Notes: generated from the sequence alone by a model not told the origin. Numbered from the stretch's first letter, positions 25,907 through 34,596 are shown. The stretch is 55,712 nucleotides of DNA from an uncultured Oscillospiraceae bacterium (GCA_964537995.1 CAZICW010000001.1:1-55712), one strand, 5' to 3'. Program-made: numbers and translations.

Positions 25907-26845
25907 TTACTCACCAACCCTTCTCAGAATCTTCTGAACCAAGATATTGGCAAACAGCATTATGAAGAACAATACCATGGCTATCGCCGAAGCATAGCCC
26001 ATTTCATAACGGGTGTTGCCGTAATCGTTCAGGTGGGTTATAATGGTATGACCGGCATAGTCAACCGACGGGAAGCCCGCAAGCTCCGTAGAGATTGAGC
26101 CGACGGACAGGGAGCTGGTTATCTGCATAACCGCACCGAACATCAGCTGAGGCTTCATTGACGGAAGGGTTATGTACCAAAGCTCCTGCCAACGGTTTTT
26201 TATTCCGTCGATTGCGCCCGCCTCATACATGGTCTTGTCAACCGACTGAAGACCCGCAATGAAGGACAGGAACGATACGCCGAGGCTCAGCCATAGCTGA
26301 ACTATAATCAGTATCGGCATAATGTATTCCGATGTTTCAAACCACAGAATCGGACTGTCTATTATGCCCCAGTTGAGCAGCCAAGCGTTTATGTAACCGT
26401 ACATATCCGAGCTGAAGAGCAGCTTCCAGATTGTGTATGCGTTACCTGAAATCGAGGGTGCGTAGAACACCAGCGTCAGGAGTGCGCGCGGAATCGGAGG
26501 AAGCTCGTTGATGAGCCATGCGAAAACGAAGCACATCAGGTAGCTCACAGGACCGGTTACGATTGCGAAGAACATTGTGTTCTTCAGGGCTATAAGGAAT
26601 ACGTCATCGAAAACGATAAGGTTTACATAGTTGCTGAGTCCCACAAAATCAGGCATTTGCAGCATATTGAAGTTTGTGAAGCTCATGACCATCGAAACCA
26701 GAACGGGAATAGCCGTGAAGCAGATGAATATGAGCGCAAAAGGAAGAATCATAAGATATTTTGCCCTGTGAAGCTTCCAAGCGTTCGACCATTTCATTGA
26801 TTCAAGCTTTCTTTTCGGCTTTTTTACAGCTGCTTCCTTACTCAA
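25907..26845 (-). CDS. Sugar ABC transporter permease (MalF-like TMD), first pair
   Basis: 312 aa. The EAA loop is 'EAGAIDGIKNRWQELWYITLPSMKP'. The TTG start, with an AAGGGAG RBS 9 nt upstream, overlaps the upstream TGA (TTGA). Confidence 0.9.
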   Translation of the reverse strand: MSKEAAVKKPKRKLESMKWSNAWKLHRAKYLMILPFALIFICFTAIPVLVSMVMSFTNFNMLQMPDFVGLSNYVNLIVFDDVFLIALKNTMFFAIVTGPVSYLMCFVFAWLINELPPIPRALLTLVFYAPSISGNAYTIWKLLFSSDMYGYINAWLLNWGIIDSPILWFETSEYIMPILIIVQLWLSLGVSFLSFIAGLQSVDKTMYEAGAIDGIKNRWQELWYITLPSMKPQLMFGAVMQITSSLSVGSISTELAGFPSVDYAGHTIITHLNDYGNTRYEMGYASAIAMVLFFIMLFANILVQKILRRVGE

Positions 26846-29826
26846 TTTTCGTCACTCCCTTCTTCGTGATATTCTTCGTCCTCTATGTATGAAAGGTCGA
26901 ATTCTTTTCTCTTTGTCGTAAGCTCTTCATTGATTTCCTTGACGTTTACATAAAGAGCCTCACGCGGATTCTGACCGTCGGTAACAACGTTGTCGTAAGC
27001 GTAGGTTATCATACGGCTTGTCATGTAATAACCGGGAACGTCGGGAACGCCCTTGGTATTCTCAAACTGTTCAAGCAGCATATCGACCTGAGACGCCGAC
27101 CACGGAAGCTGACGAAGAACATTCTTGTTCGCCGTCGCGTAACGTGCGCCGCTGCCGAGAGCAGCCTCGATTGTCTGGGCATACTCAACCTGCGTGTCGT
27201 CGGAAAGCCACCACTTCAGGAAGCTCCAGCCTTCGTCCTTGCGCTTGCTGCTGTTGAGGATTACGGTGTGAACAGAGGTCGCAACCGCGGTATTGTCGAT
27301 GCTGCCGTCCTCGCTTTCGTATCCGGGAAGGGGAGCAAAGCTCCAAAGACCTTTAATTTCGGGAGCAAATACCTCAAGGGTATTATAGGTTGTGTAGTCC
27401 GCGATACCTACAGGAATTTCGCCTGTTCTGAAGCGGTTGGAGAAGTCAACCGATACGGGCAGCTTATAAGCCGTGAAGAATTCGCAAAGCTTCTTAAACG
27501 CCTGCATGGCCTCTTCCTCGCGCAAGCCGGACTCTATGCCGTAGTCGATGTCAACCTCATCTTCGCCGAGTGACGGAAGTCCGTATGTGTCCTTAATGTC
27601 ATCGCGGCCGAGATACATATCTCCGCCGTACTGGTAAACCAGCGTGCTGAGCATTGCGGTCGAGGGCATATAGAAATCATAGTTGTTTATATGGAGAACG
27701 GAAATCATTTCTCCGACTTCCTCCCACGTTGTGGGAATTTCAAGACCAAGCTCGTCAAGAATATCTTCGCGGTAGAAGAGTACGCTGAAATTCTCGGTTT
27801 CGGGAAGTCCGTAAATTCCGCCGTGGTAGGTGACCGCCTCAAGGGCGCTCGGATAGAAGCGATCGGCCTGCTCTCTGAAATCGTCGAACTGAGAAAGATC
27901 CGTAATGGCACCACGGGAAGCAAAGTCAATTACCGTGGATTGAGCCATGTTCAAAACAACGTCGGGTCCGTTGCCCGCAAGTGTCGCGGGAAGAATAACG
28001 CTTGACGGAATGAGCTGAAGGTTTACCTTCGTGTCATTCAGCGGAGCATAGCTGTTATCAATCTGGTTCTTGATGATGTTCGCCTGATCACGACCCGTCT
28101 GAACCCATACCTTCAGAGCGTCCTTGCTTTCGCCCTCATCGTCGGAAATTTTAGTTTCATCAACGAAGAATGTCGCGAAGAAACGAATGGCCTCATGGTA
28201 TGCGCCGACAAGGAAGTTCGGCTCCGCATTCTTGAGCTTTGCGTCGGGAGCGCTGAGCGTAAGGCTGTCAAGCTCAAGGGGCATTTCCGCGATGGAAAGC
28301 ATCCATGTGGAAAGAGCGGAAACGTTGCTCTTGAAATCGGAAATTTCATTTACAACTCTGTCAGGATCTTCGGCAAAGCGCTCAAGCTGATTGGCGACTT
28401 TTTCGATATTGGTTGTGTTAGAACCCTTTTCGCCCGTTATTTCAACCATCATGTCAACGATGTCGTTGAGAACGGCCGCCTGCTGAGTTACGGTTTTCTT
28501 AAAGCCGGTTATCTTATCGGCAATTTCATAGTCTATGTACTTATCGGGAACCGTACCCGTAATCTGAACTACCCTGAGATAGAGATTGTTCAGAGACTGA
28601 ACGCTGGAATTGATTGCCGTATACGCTTCGGCGAAGTCGCCGAGGCAAACGTCAAGTGCTATTGTGTTTTCGCCTTTGTCGAGATAGAGCAGCAAAGGCT
28701 CGTTTTCATTATCCACAAGCACATAATTTTGGAAGGAACCGGAGAAATCAAACCCGATTTTCTTCGCTTCCTCAAACGGAAGCTCGCCGTTTATCATAAG
28801 GCGGCGGTAGCTCTTTACACCGCGGTTCGTAGCCTGACGTCCGCGGAAGGAAAGCTGATACAGCCCCGCCTCGGGAACATTGACCGTCCATTCAACCTTG
28901 TCGCCGGGAGTCTGCCAGCTTGTGCCGCCGAGAGTGTTCAGCAGCACGTGCCAATGGTGGTAAGGCACCGTATTGGAGCTTGAATAGTCGCTCGACATAC
29001 CGATTGAGGACGATGATTTGAGGATCTTCGTCACAACCTCGTCCGTTCTTTCCGCCTGACCGGTAAGATTTTCGCCGGAATATACGGAAGCTCCGCTGTG
29101 TTCGGCGAGATACTCCTCATAGCTTACCGCCTCATCAGCCTTGCACAGCTCAATTCCGCTGATTTTAACGGCTTCTTTGGATTCGATGAGCGATATTGTA
29201 TGCTCGCCCTCATCAAAATAAAACGCGTACGGATCAAGCATACGATAATTTTCGTCGGAATAGAAGAACTCATGCTCAATCGGCTTTCCGCTGTCGTCGG
29301 TGAAAACCTCCTTGGCCGTGGGACGAATTTCGCTTCCGTTCTTCTCTTCGATTTCTCCCTCGTTGTTAAGCCATGTCCTGGCGAACGAAATCTGCTTCAT
29401 TCCGTCGAACAGCGTTTTGTCGTCAATTTTCATGCTGCGCTCCGGTGTGGCGTTCGTGCCGTCTACGGAATAGTACTTAAATTTTAAATTATAGAAGCCC
29501 GCTTCGGCGACATTGAATGTCCACGTTATGTCGCCTCTTTCCGAAAGCGTCACTCCGTCGCTGTCGGTTAAAACGTCCATATCCTCGGTGGTATAATTTG
29601 TCAGATCAACCTCAACAGTTGATTTCGCGAAATTGCTCCCGCCGTCAACCCAGCCGTTGTCATCGAGGTAATCTTGGTAGTCTTCATCAACATATTCGTC
29701 GGAAACTCCAAGATTCGCCACGGTGTCCTTCGATCCGGGAAGAACAAACGCAAGAACAATCAGCAATAATATGACCGCAATTATAACGCCGACCACAATC
29801 AGGCGTTTTTTAGTCTTTGCCTCCAT
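26842..29826 (-). CDS. Giant TM-anchored extracellular solute-binding protein: two CBM-like modules followed by a family-1 SBP domain
   Basis: 994 aa counted from ATG 29826, which has a GGAGGGA RBS. The anchor is 'LIVVGVIIAVILLLIVLAFVL' with no lipobox Cys. The duplicated motifs are 'GDITWTFNVAEAGFYNLKFKY' and 'GDKVEWTVNVPEAGLYQLSFRG'. The C-terminal half has SBP hallmarks 'GPDVVLNMAQSTVIDFASRGAITDL' and 'YGLPETENFSVLFYREDILDELGLEIPTTWEE'. Confidence 0.85.
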   Translation of the reverse strand: MEAKTKKRLIVVGVIIAVILLLIVLAFVLPGSKDTVANLGVSDEYVDEDYQDYLDDNGWVDGGSNFAKSTVEVDLTNYTTEDMDVLTDSDGVTLSERGDITWTFNVAEAGFYNLKFKYYSVDGTNATPERSMKIDDKTLFDGMKQISFARTWLNNEGEIEEKNGSEIRPTAKEVFTDDSGKPIEHEFFYSDENYRMLDPYAFYFDEGEHTISLIESKEAVKISGIELCKADEAVSYEEYLAEHSGASVYSGENLTGQAERTDEVVTKILKSSSSIGMSSDYSSSNTVPYHHWHVLLNTLGGTSWQTPGDKVEWTVNVPEAGLYQLSFRGRQATNRGVKSYRRLMINGELPFEEAKKIGFDFSGSFQNYVLVDNENEPLLLYLDKGENTIALDVCLGDFAEAYTAINSSVQSLNNLYLRVVQITGTVPDKYIDYEIADKITGFKKTVTQQAAVLNDIVDMMVEITGEKGSNTTNIEKVANQLERFAEDPDRVVNEISDFKSNVSALSTWMLSIAEMPLELDSLTLSAPDAKLKNAEPNFLVGAYHEAIRFFATFFVDETKISDDEGESKDALKVWVQTGRDQANIIKNQIDNSYAPLNDTKVNLQLIPSSVILPATLAGNGPDVVLNMAQSTVIDFASRGAITDLSQFDDFREQADRFYPSALEAVTYHGGIYGLPETENFSVLFYREDILDELGLEIPTTWEEVGEMISVLHINNYDFYMPSTAMLSTLVYQYGGDMYLGRDDIKDTYGLPSLGEDEVDIDYGIESGLREEEAMQAFKKLCEFFTAYKLPVSVDFSNRFRTGEIPVGIADYTTYNTLEVFAPEIKGLWSFAPLPGYESEDGSIDNTAVATSVHTVILNSSKRKDEGWSFLKWWLSDDTQVEYAQTIEAALGSGARYATANKNVLRQLPWSASQVDMLLEQFENTKGVPDVPGYYMTSRMITYAYDNVVTDGQNPREALYVNVKEINEELTTKRKEFDLSYIEDEEYHEEGSDEN

Positions 29827-29847
29827 TTGCTTATTCCCTCCGTTCAA

Positions 29848-31950
29848 TTATTTTATTTCAACTTCAATTGTTGCACTTGTCTTGTTTCCGGCGAAATCCT
29901 TAACATAGATTTCAACGGGATAGGTGCCGGCTTCCGTAACGTCAAGCTCGGAAACATCGGCGGAAACATTGCTCGACAAATCTATGCCGTTCGCGTCCTG
30001 AGCCGATTCGACAAATTTGCCCGCCCAATCTACGGTTGACGTGTCAACGTTAAGGCTCAGGCTGTCGTACTCTTCCTTCAGCGTAAGTGTCGGCGGAACC
30101 GTATTTTCCTTGTCGTATACATAGACCTCAAACGTGGAGGTTTTGCTGTTTCCGGCATAATCCTTTATGGTTATCGAAATTCCGTCGGCATATTTTCCGG
30201 CGGCTTCAAAATCAACGCCGGAGCAATCAACGCTTATCATGTCGTCAAGCCATTCATATTCTTCTTCGCCTTCCTCGGCGGTATCCTCGTTAAGCTGCTT
30301 TCTGAGCTGAAGCTTTCCGTCCTCCATGCGAAGCTCGTACTCGCCGTCAACGTTATCGTCGGCGTATATAAGCTCATCCCACTTGATTTTGGAGGAGTCG
30401 GTTCCGAGGGCAAACACGAACGAATTGGTTTCGGCCTTGCTCACGGACGGGCTTACGTCATCGACAACCTCATCCTTGTTGAGAGCCTTGGACATCGTGT
30501 CAAGCTTATCGTATATCGAGCTCTTGTTTGCTTCAATGGCTATTGAATACTTGGGCATTCCGCTGACGCCGTAGATAGACGATCCCGCGATTCCCGCCCA
30601 TGTCCAGAAGCAGCCGATGGCCTCGGAATAATCGTTTACGGGAGTATTGCCCATCTCCTGGAATATGGCAAGATTCGCGTCGCCGATTTCGGAATGGAAG
30701 ATGTCAACGCCGAACGCGAGAGCTTCCGCCGCAGCCTGATTCTGCCTGTATTCCTCAATGCTGTCAACATGAGCGTACGCCTTGTAAAATTCGCTCTTAT
30801 AGGTCGAGTAAGCCTCAAGCGCGCGAAGACTTCTTTCGGAGTCGATGCCCTTCATCAGACCGACGCTGTCAGCCGCGGCGCTGAGAATCCAGTATTGGTC
30901 GGAATCCGCCGGAAGACTGTCGGGACGCGGGAAGGGGATTATGCCCATGCTTTCTCCTCTTTCGGCGAGGGATGCGCCCGCGTTATCCATTTGCCAGCGC
31001 GCCACGTTGCTGAACACGGTTTCGCCGTTGCAAAACGCCGTTGTCGCGGTCAGCCAGCCGGAATTGTTCGACGTGCTGCTTGCCGTCGAGCAGGAGATAA
31101 GTCCCGAATTTATCATTGTATCCAGATATTCTATGGCTTTCTTGGCGGCGTCGGTATCGAAGGTCATGTTCGAGCCGTCATATACCGAAGCGCCGTTCGA
31201 GGCGATCGCCATAAGAGCCGTATAGGAATAGTTTGTGTTAAAGGGAACTATGTTGTTCGAGGAATTGACAGGCCCTTTCTTGCCGTTATAATACGCCTGC
31301 AGCTTTGTAAGATAATCCTCAAACTTGTTCCACGTCCACTCTCCGTTAAGGTACAGATCGGAGGGATAGACGGTTTTGCCGTTTTCCTTCAGGGAAGGAA
31401 CCGCTTCTATGTAATCAATGTTGTAGCAAATGGGCCACGTATTTACAAAGAGCAAGTCTCTGTTCATAAGGTAGTAGCTCCCGAAGGTTTTGCCTATCGG
31501 AATCCATGACTTATCCGCGTCGTCCTCTCCGAAGAACACCTCATCTACATACGGATCGAGCTTTTGGAGAATGTTCTGCGACAGGATATTGCCCTGAACA
31601 CCGTTCCAGAGAACCGCCAGATCGCAATAAGGATCTCCGGCAAGCACCGTCTGGAGCAAAAGCTGCTGAAGGTCGCTGGAATACTGAAGCCATGTAATCT
31701 TCGTGCCGAGCTTTTCCTCAACAGTGGCAAGCGCAGTTTCGGCGGCGCGAATTTTATCCGGATCCATTGAAGCCTCGCCGGTAATCTCATCAACCCACGT
31801 CGGATCGTCCTCCTGCTGAGCGTGAGTTCCGATTACTATCGTCATAAGCTCATCTTCTGTCGCGTTACTGGCCGGGCAGCCGGTCAACGCAAGGACGGCG
31901 AGCAAAAGACCGGCTGACGCGGCGACAACAGTTTTGATTTTTAACCGCAT
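29848..31950 (-). CDS. Lipoprotein extracellular solute-binding protein with C-terminal tandem Ig-like (DUF5011-type) domains
   Basis: 700 aa counted from ATG 31950, which has an AAAGGAAG RBS. The lipobox is 'LALTGC'. A family-1 SBP core is present. The C-terminal ~200 aa carry repeated 'AG.Y...I.[IV]KD.AGN..[TS]..[FI]EV' Ig-like signatures. Confidence 0.85.
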   Translation of the reverse strand: MRLKIKTVVAASAGLLLAVLALTGCPASNATEDELMTIVIGTHAQQEDDPTWVDEITGEASMDPDKIRAAETALATVEEKLGTKITWLQYSSDLQQLLLQTVLAGDPYCDLAVLWNGVQGNILSQNILQKLDPYVDEVFFGEDDADKSWIPIGKTFGSYYLMNRDLLFVNTWPICYNIDYIEAVPSLKENGKTVYPSDLYLNGEWTWNKFEDYLTKLQAYYNGKKGPVNSSNNIVPFNTNYSYTALMAIASNGASVYDGSNMTFDTDAAKKAIEYLDTMINSGLISCSTASSTSNNSGWLTATTAFCNGETVFSNVARWQMDNAGASLAERGESMGIIPFPRPDSLPADSDQYWILSAAADSVGLMKGIDSERSLRALEAYSTYKSEFYKAYAHVDSIEEYRQNQAAAEALAFGVDIFHSEIGDANLAIFQEMGNTPVNDYSEAIGCFWTWAGIAGSSIYGVSGMPKYSIAIEANKSSIYDKLDTMSKALNKDEVVDDVSPSVSKAETNSFVFALGTDSSKIKWDELIYADDNVDGEYELRMEDGKLQLRKQLNEDTAEEGEEEYEWLDDMISVDCSGVDFEAAGKYADGISITIKDYAGNSKTSTFEVYVYDKENTVPPTLTLKEEYDSLSLNVDTSTVDWAGKFVESAQDANGIDLSSNVSADVSELDVTEAGTYPVEIYVKDFAGNKTSATIEVEIK

Positions 31951-32005
31951 TTTCACACTTCCTTTTTTTCATATTAGTGATTTTGCACATTTGCCGTATA
32001 TAGCC

Positions 32006-32034
32006 ATTATACACAAAAACTATAAAAATATCAA
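32006..32034 (-). promoter_or_regulatory. Sigma-A-type promoter of the nine-gene operon
   Basis: On the minus strand: TTGATA (32034-32029), 17-nt spacer, TATAAT (32011-32006). It sits about 55 nt upstream of ATG 31950 and downstream of the pheT terminator. Confidence 0.5.
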
Positions 32035-32085
32035 GCCCTTTTTATAGATTTTTTATAAAAATTTTTAATTTTTTGTGTCCAAATC

Positions 32086-32125
32086 AAAAACAGAGCAAAA
32101 ACTTCCCGTTTTATGCTCTGTTTTT
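32086..32125. terminator. Bidirectional intrinsic terminator after pheT
   Basis: CAGAGCAAAAAC...GTTTTATGCTCTG hairpin flanked by AAAAA (32086-32090) and TTTTT (32121-32125). Confidence 0.7.
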
Positions 32126-32186
32126 ATTGTGAATTTTTCACAAAAGTTGTTTTCGCGAAAATTTACCGTTCAAAATTTTCGCGAGC

Positions 32187-34565
32187 TTATCTCAATATTG
32201 CCCCCAGATTGTGTTCAAGGCTTCTGACGGTTTTGTTGAAGATTTTGTTTATCTCTTCATCTTTAAGCGTTCTGTCGGCACGGTACACCGCGCTGTAAGC
32301 GACGCTCTTCTTTCCTTCGGGGATCTGACTGCCCTTGTATATATCGAACAGATTCAGCTCCTCAAGCAGATTCCCGCCGGCACGCCGGATTATGCTTTCG
32401 ATATCCGCCGCTTTAACGTCGTCGTCCACCAGCATGGCAATGTCGCGCGTAACCGCGGGGAAACGGCAAATCTGTTTGTATTTTATGCCGCCGCCGGAGC
32501 CGTTCAGAACGGAATCAAGGTCAATTTCGCCGAGATACGTTTCTCCCAGCCCGTAATTTTCGGATACCTCAGGGTGAACCTCGCCTATCGTGCCGACTTT
32601 CTTCCTATTTATATAAACGTCCGCGCTTTTTCCCGGGTGATAAATCGGGTTGAGCTCCGCGGTGTCGAAGCTGACGTCCTTTACTCCCATTACATCCAGA
32701 ACCTCTTCGACCGCTCCCTTAAATTCGTAAAAATCAATACTTCCGTATGCTCCCATCGTTATTATCTTTTTTTCGGTAGGAAGCTTCTCAAGCGGCAACT
32801 TGTCGGCAAGATAAACCGTCGCAAGTTCAAACAAACGTACATCCTTATTTTTATGGTTATAATTTCGCGCAAGCACTTCAAGCATACTCGTCGCGGATGT
32901 GGTACGCATAACGCTTGTATCCTCGCCGAGAGGATTCATTATCTCAATATTTTTGCGCAGCTCTTCGCCCGCGTTTATCATATCCAGCGATTTCGGGCTT
33001 GTAAACGAATAGGTGAGAATTTCATAGAAGCCCTGTCCTACAAGAGCCGCCTTGAGCTTATTGGTGAGCGTCTGGTTTCTGTTAAGTCCTCCCATTGTGG
33101 TTTCGCCGCCGATAAGAGTGGAGGGAATTTTGTCATAGCCGTAAATTCTGGCAACTTCTTCGGCAACATCGGCTTCGCACTCTATGTCCATGCGGTAGGA
33201 CGGAGGAAGAATCTCCGCTTTTTCCGTGTCAACTTTTATGTCGAGGCGGGAAAGCGCGTCTATCATGAAGCCGTCGCTTATTTCCGCTCCGAGGAAAGCG
33301 CGGATCCTGTCGGGGCGGAAGGGAATAACGGTCTGCTCGTTATTGCTGTTGTCAACGTCAATCATTCCGTGAACGACCTTGCCCGCGCCAAGCTGTTCGA
33401 CGAGCCGGCAGGCGCGGTTAAGCGCGATCTCAACCATTTTGGGATCAAGTCCCTTTTCGTAACGAGAGGACGCCTCGGTTCTCATGCCGAGCTTCTTTGC
33501 CGTCACACGGACGCTTCCGCGCAGGAAGTTTGCTCCCTCAAACAGCACGGCCCTTGTGTCGTCCTTTATTTCGGAATTTTCGCCGCCCATAACGCCCGCC
33601 ACGGCTACAGGCTTTTTTGCGTCGCATATCACAAGCATACTGTCGTCGAGAATATGAGACTGCTCGTCAAGCGTCACAATTTTTTCTCCGTTTTTCGCGC
33701 GGCGGACGATAATCTCTCCGCCTTCAAGATAATTGAGGTCAAAGGCGTGCATGGGCTGACCGTATTCAAGCATAACATAGTTCGTTATATCCACAATATT
33801 GCTTATCGGACGTACTCCCGCGGCACGGAGGCGCTTCTGCATCCATTCGGGCGACGGGCCTATTTTTATATCCTTAACAAGACGGCAGGCATAGCGCGGG
33901 CAAAGGTCGGGGGCTTCAACCGTAACCTTAAATTCGTCGGAAATATTGCCTCCCGCTTCCTCTTTAACCTCAATCGGAGGAATGCTAAACGGCACATTGA
34001 AGGTCGCCGCCGTCTCTCTCGCAAGCCCTACCACGCTCAAGCAGTCGGGACGGTTTGAGGTTATCTCAAACTCGACAACTGTTTCCTTCTCGCCGAGAGC
34101 CTCCATAACGTCGGCTCCGAGAGGATATTCCTTTTGGAAGATAAGGATTCCGTTCGGGTCGCTTCCCGGGATTACTCCCATTTCAAAGCCCAGCTCCTCA
34201 TGCGAGCAAAGCATTCCGTTGCTGGCTACGCCGCGCAGCTTTCCGTTTTTAATTGTAATTCCGCCGGGGAGCTTGGCTCCGTTCACGGCAACGGGTACGA
34301 TTTGCCCCACTTCAATATTTTGAGCGCCCGTCACAATTTGCAGGACTTCGGTTCCGACGTCCACCGTCGTTATCCACATATGGTCGGAATTTGTATGGCG
34401 CTCCTTTGTGAGAATCCTGCCGAACACAACTCCCTCAACCTCACTGCCCTCGACGCTTGCGCCTTCGACCTTGCTTCCGGAGAGTGTGAGCGCGTCGCAA
34501 TATTCCTTAACGCTTACATTTTCAAGCTTTAAATAATCATTCAGCCAACTGAGCGGTAATTTCAT
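32187..34565 (-). CDS. pheT: Phenylalanine--tRNA ligase beta subunit
   Basis: 792 aa. The N-terminus 'MKLPLSWLNDYL', the tRNA-binding domain, the B3/4 and B5 domains and the C-terminal FDX-ACB domain are in the canonical order. Confidence 0.95.
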   Translation of the reverse strand: MKLPLSWLNDYLKLENVSVKEYCDALTLSGSKVEGASVEGSEVEGVVFGRILTKERHTNSDHMWITTVDVGTEVLQIVTGAQNIEVGQIVPVAVNGAKLPGGITIKNGKLRGVASNGMLCSHEELGFEMGVIPGSDPNGILIFQKEYPLGADVMEALGEKETVVEFEITSNRPDCLSVVGLARETAATFNVPFSIPPIEVKEEAGGNISDEFKVTVEAPDLCPRYACRLVKDIKIGPSPEWMQKRLRAAGVRPISNIVDITNYVMLEYGQPMHAFDLNYLEGGEIIVRRAKNGEKIVTLDEQSHILDDSMLVICDAKKPVAVAGVMGGENSEIKDDTRAVLFEGANFLRGSVRVTAKKLGMRTEASSRYEKGLDPKMVEIALNRACRLVEQLGAGKVVHGMIDVDNSNNEQTVIPFRPDRIRAFLGAEISDGFMIDALSRLDIKVDTEKAEILPPSYRMDIECEADVAEEVARIYGYDKIPSTLIGGETTMGGLNRNQTLTNKLKAALVGQGFYEILTYSFTSPKSLDMINAGEELRKNIEIMNPLGEDTSVMRTTSATSMLEVLARNYNHKNKDVRLFELATVYLADKLPLEKLPTEKKIITMGAYGSIDFYEFKGAVEEVLDVMGVKDVSFDTAELNPIYHPGKSADVYINRKKVGTIGEVHPEVSENYGLGETYLGEIDLDSVLNGSGGGIKYKQICRFPAVTRDIAMLVDDDVKAADIESIIRRAGGNLLEELNLFDIYKGSQIPEGKKSVAYSAVYRADRTLKDEEINKIFNKTVRSLEHNLGAILR

Positions 34566-34596
34566 TATATATCATTCCTTTCTGCCGATTTTCGGA

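Noticed and set aside
32211-34058. 615-aa plus-strand ORF
   Set aside because: It is antisense to pheT, which is unambiguous. The product is low-complexity and nonsense-like.
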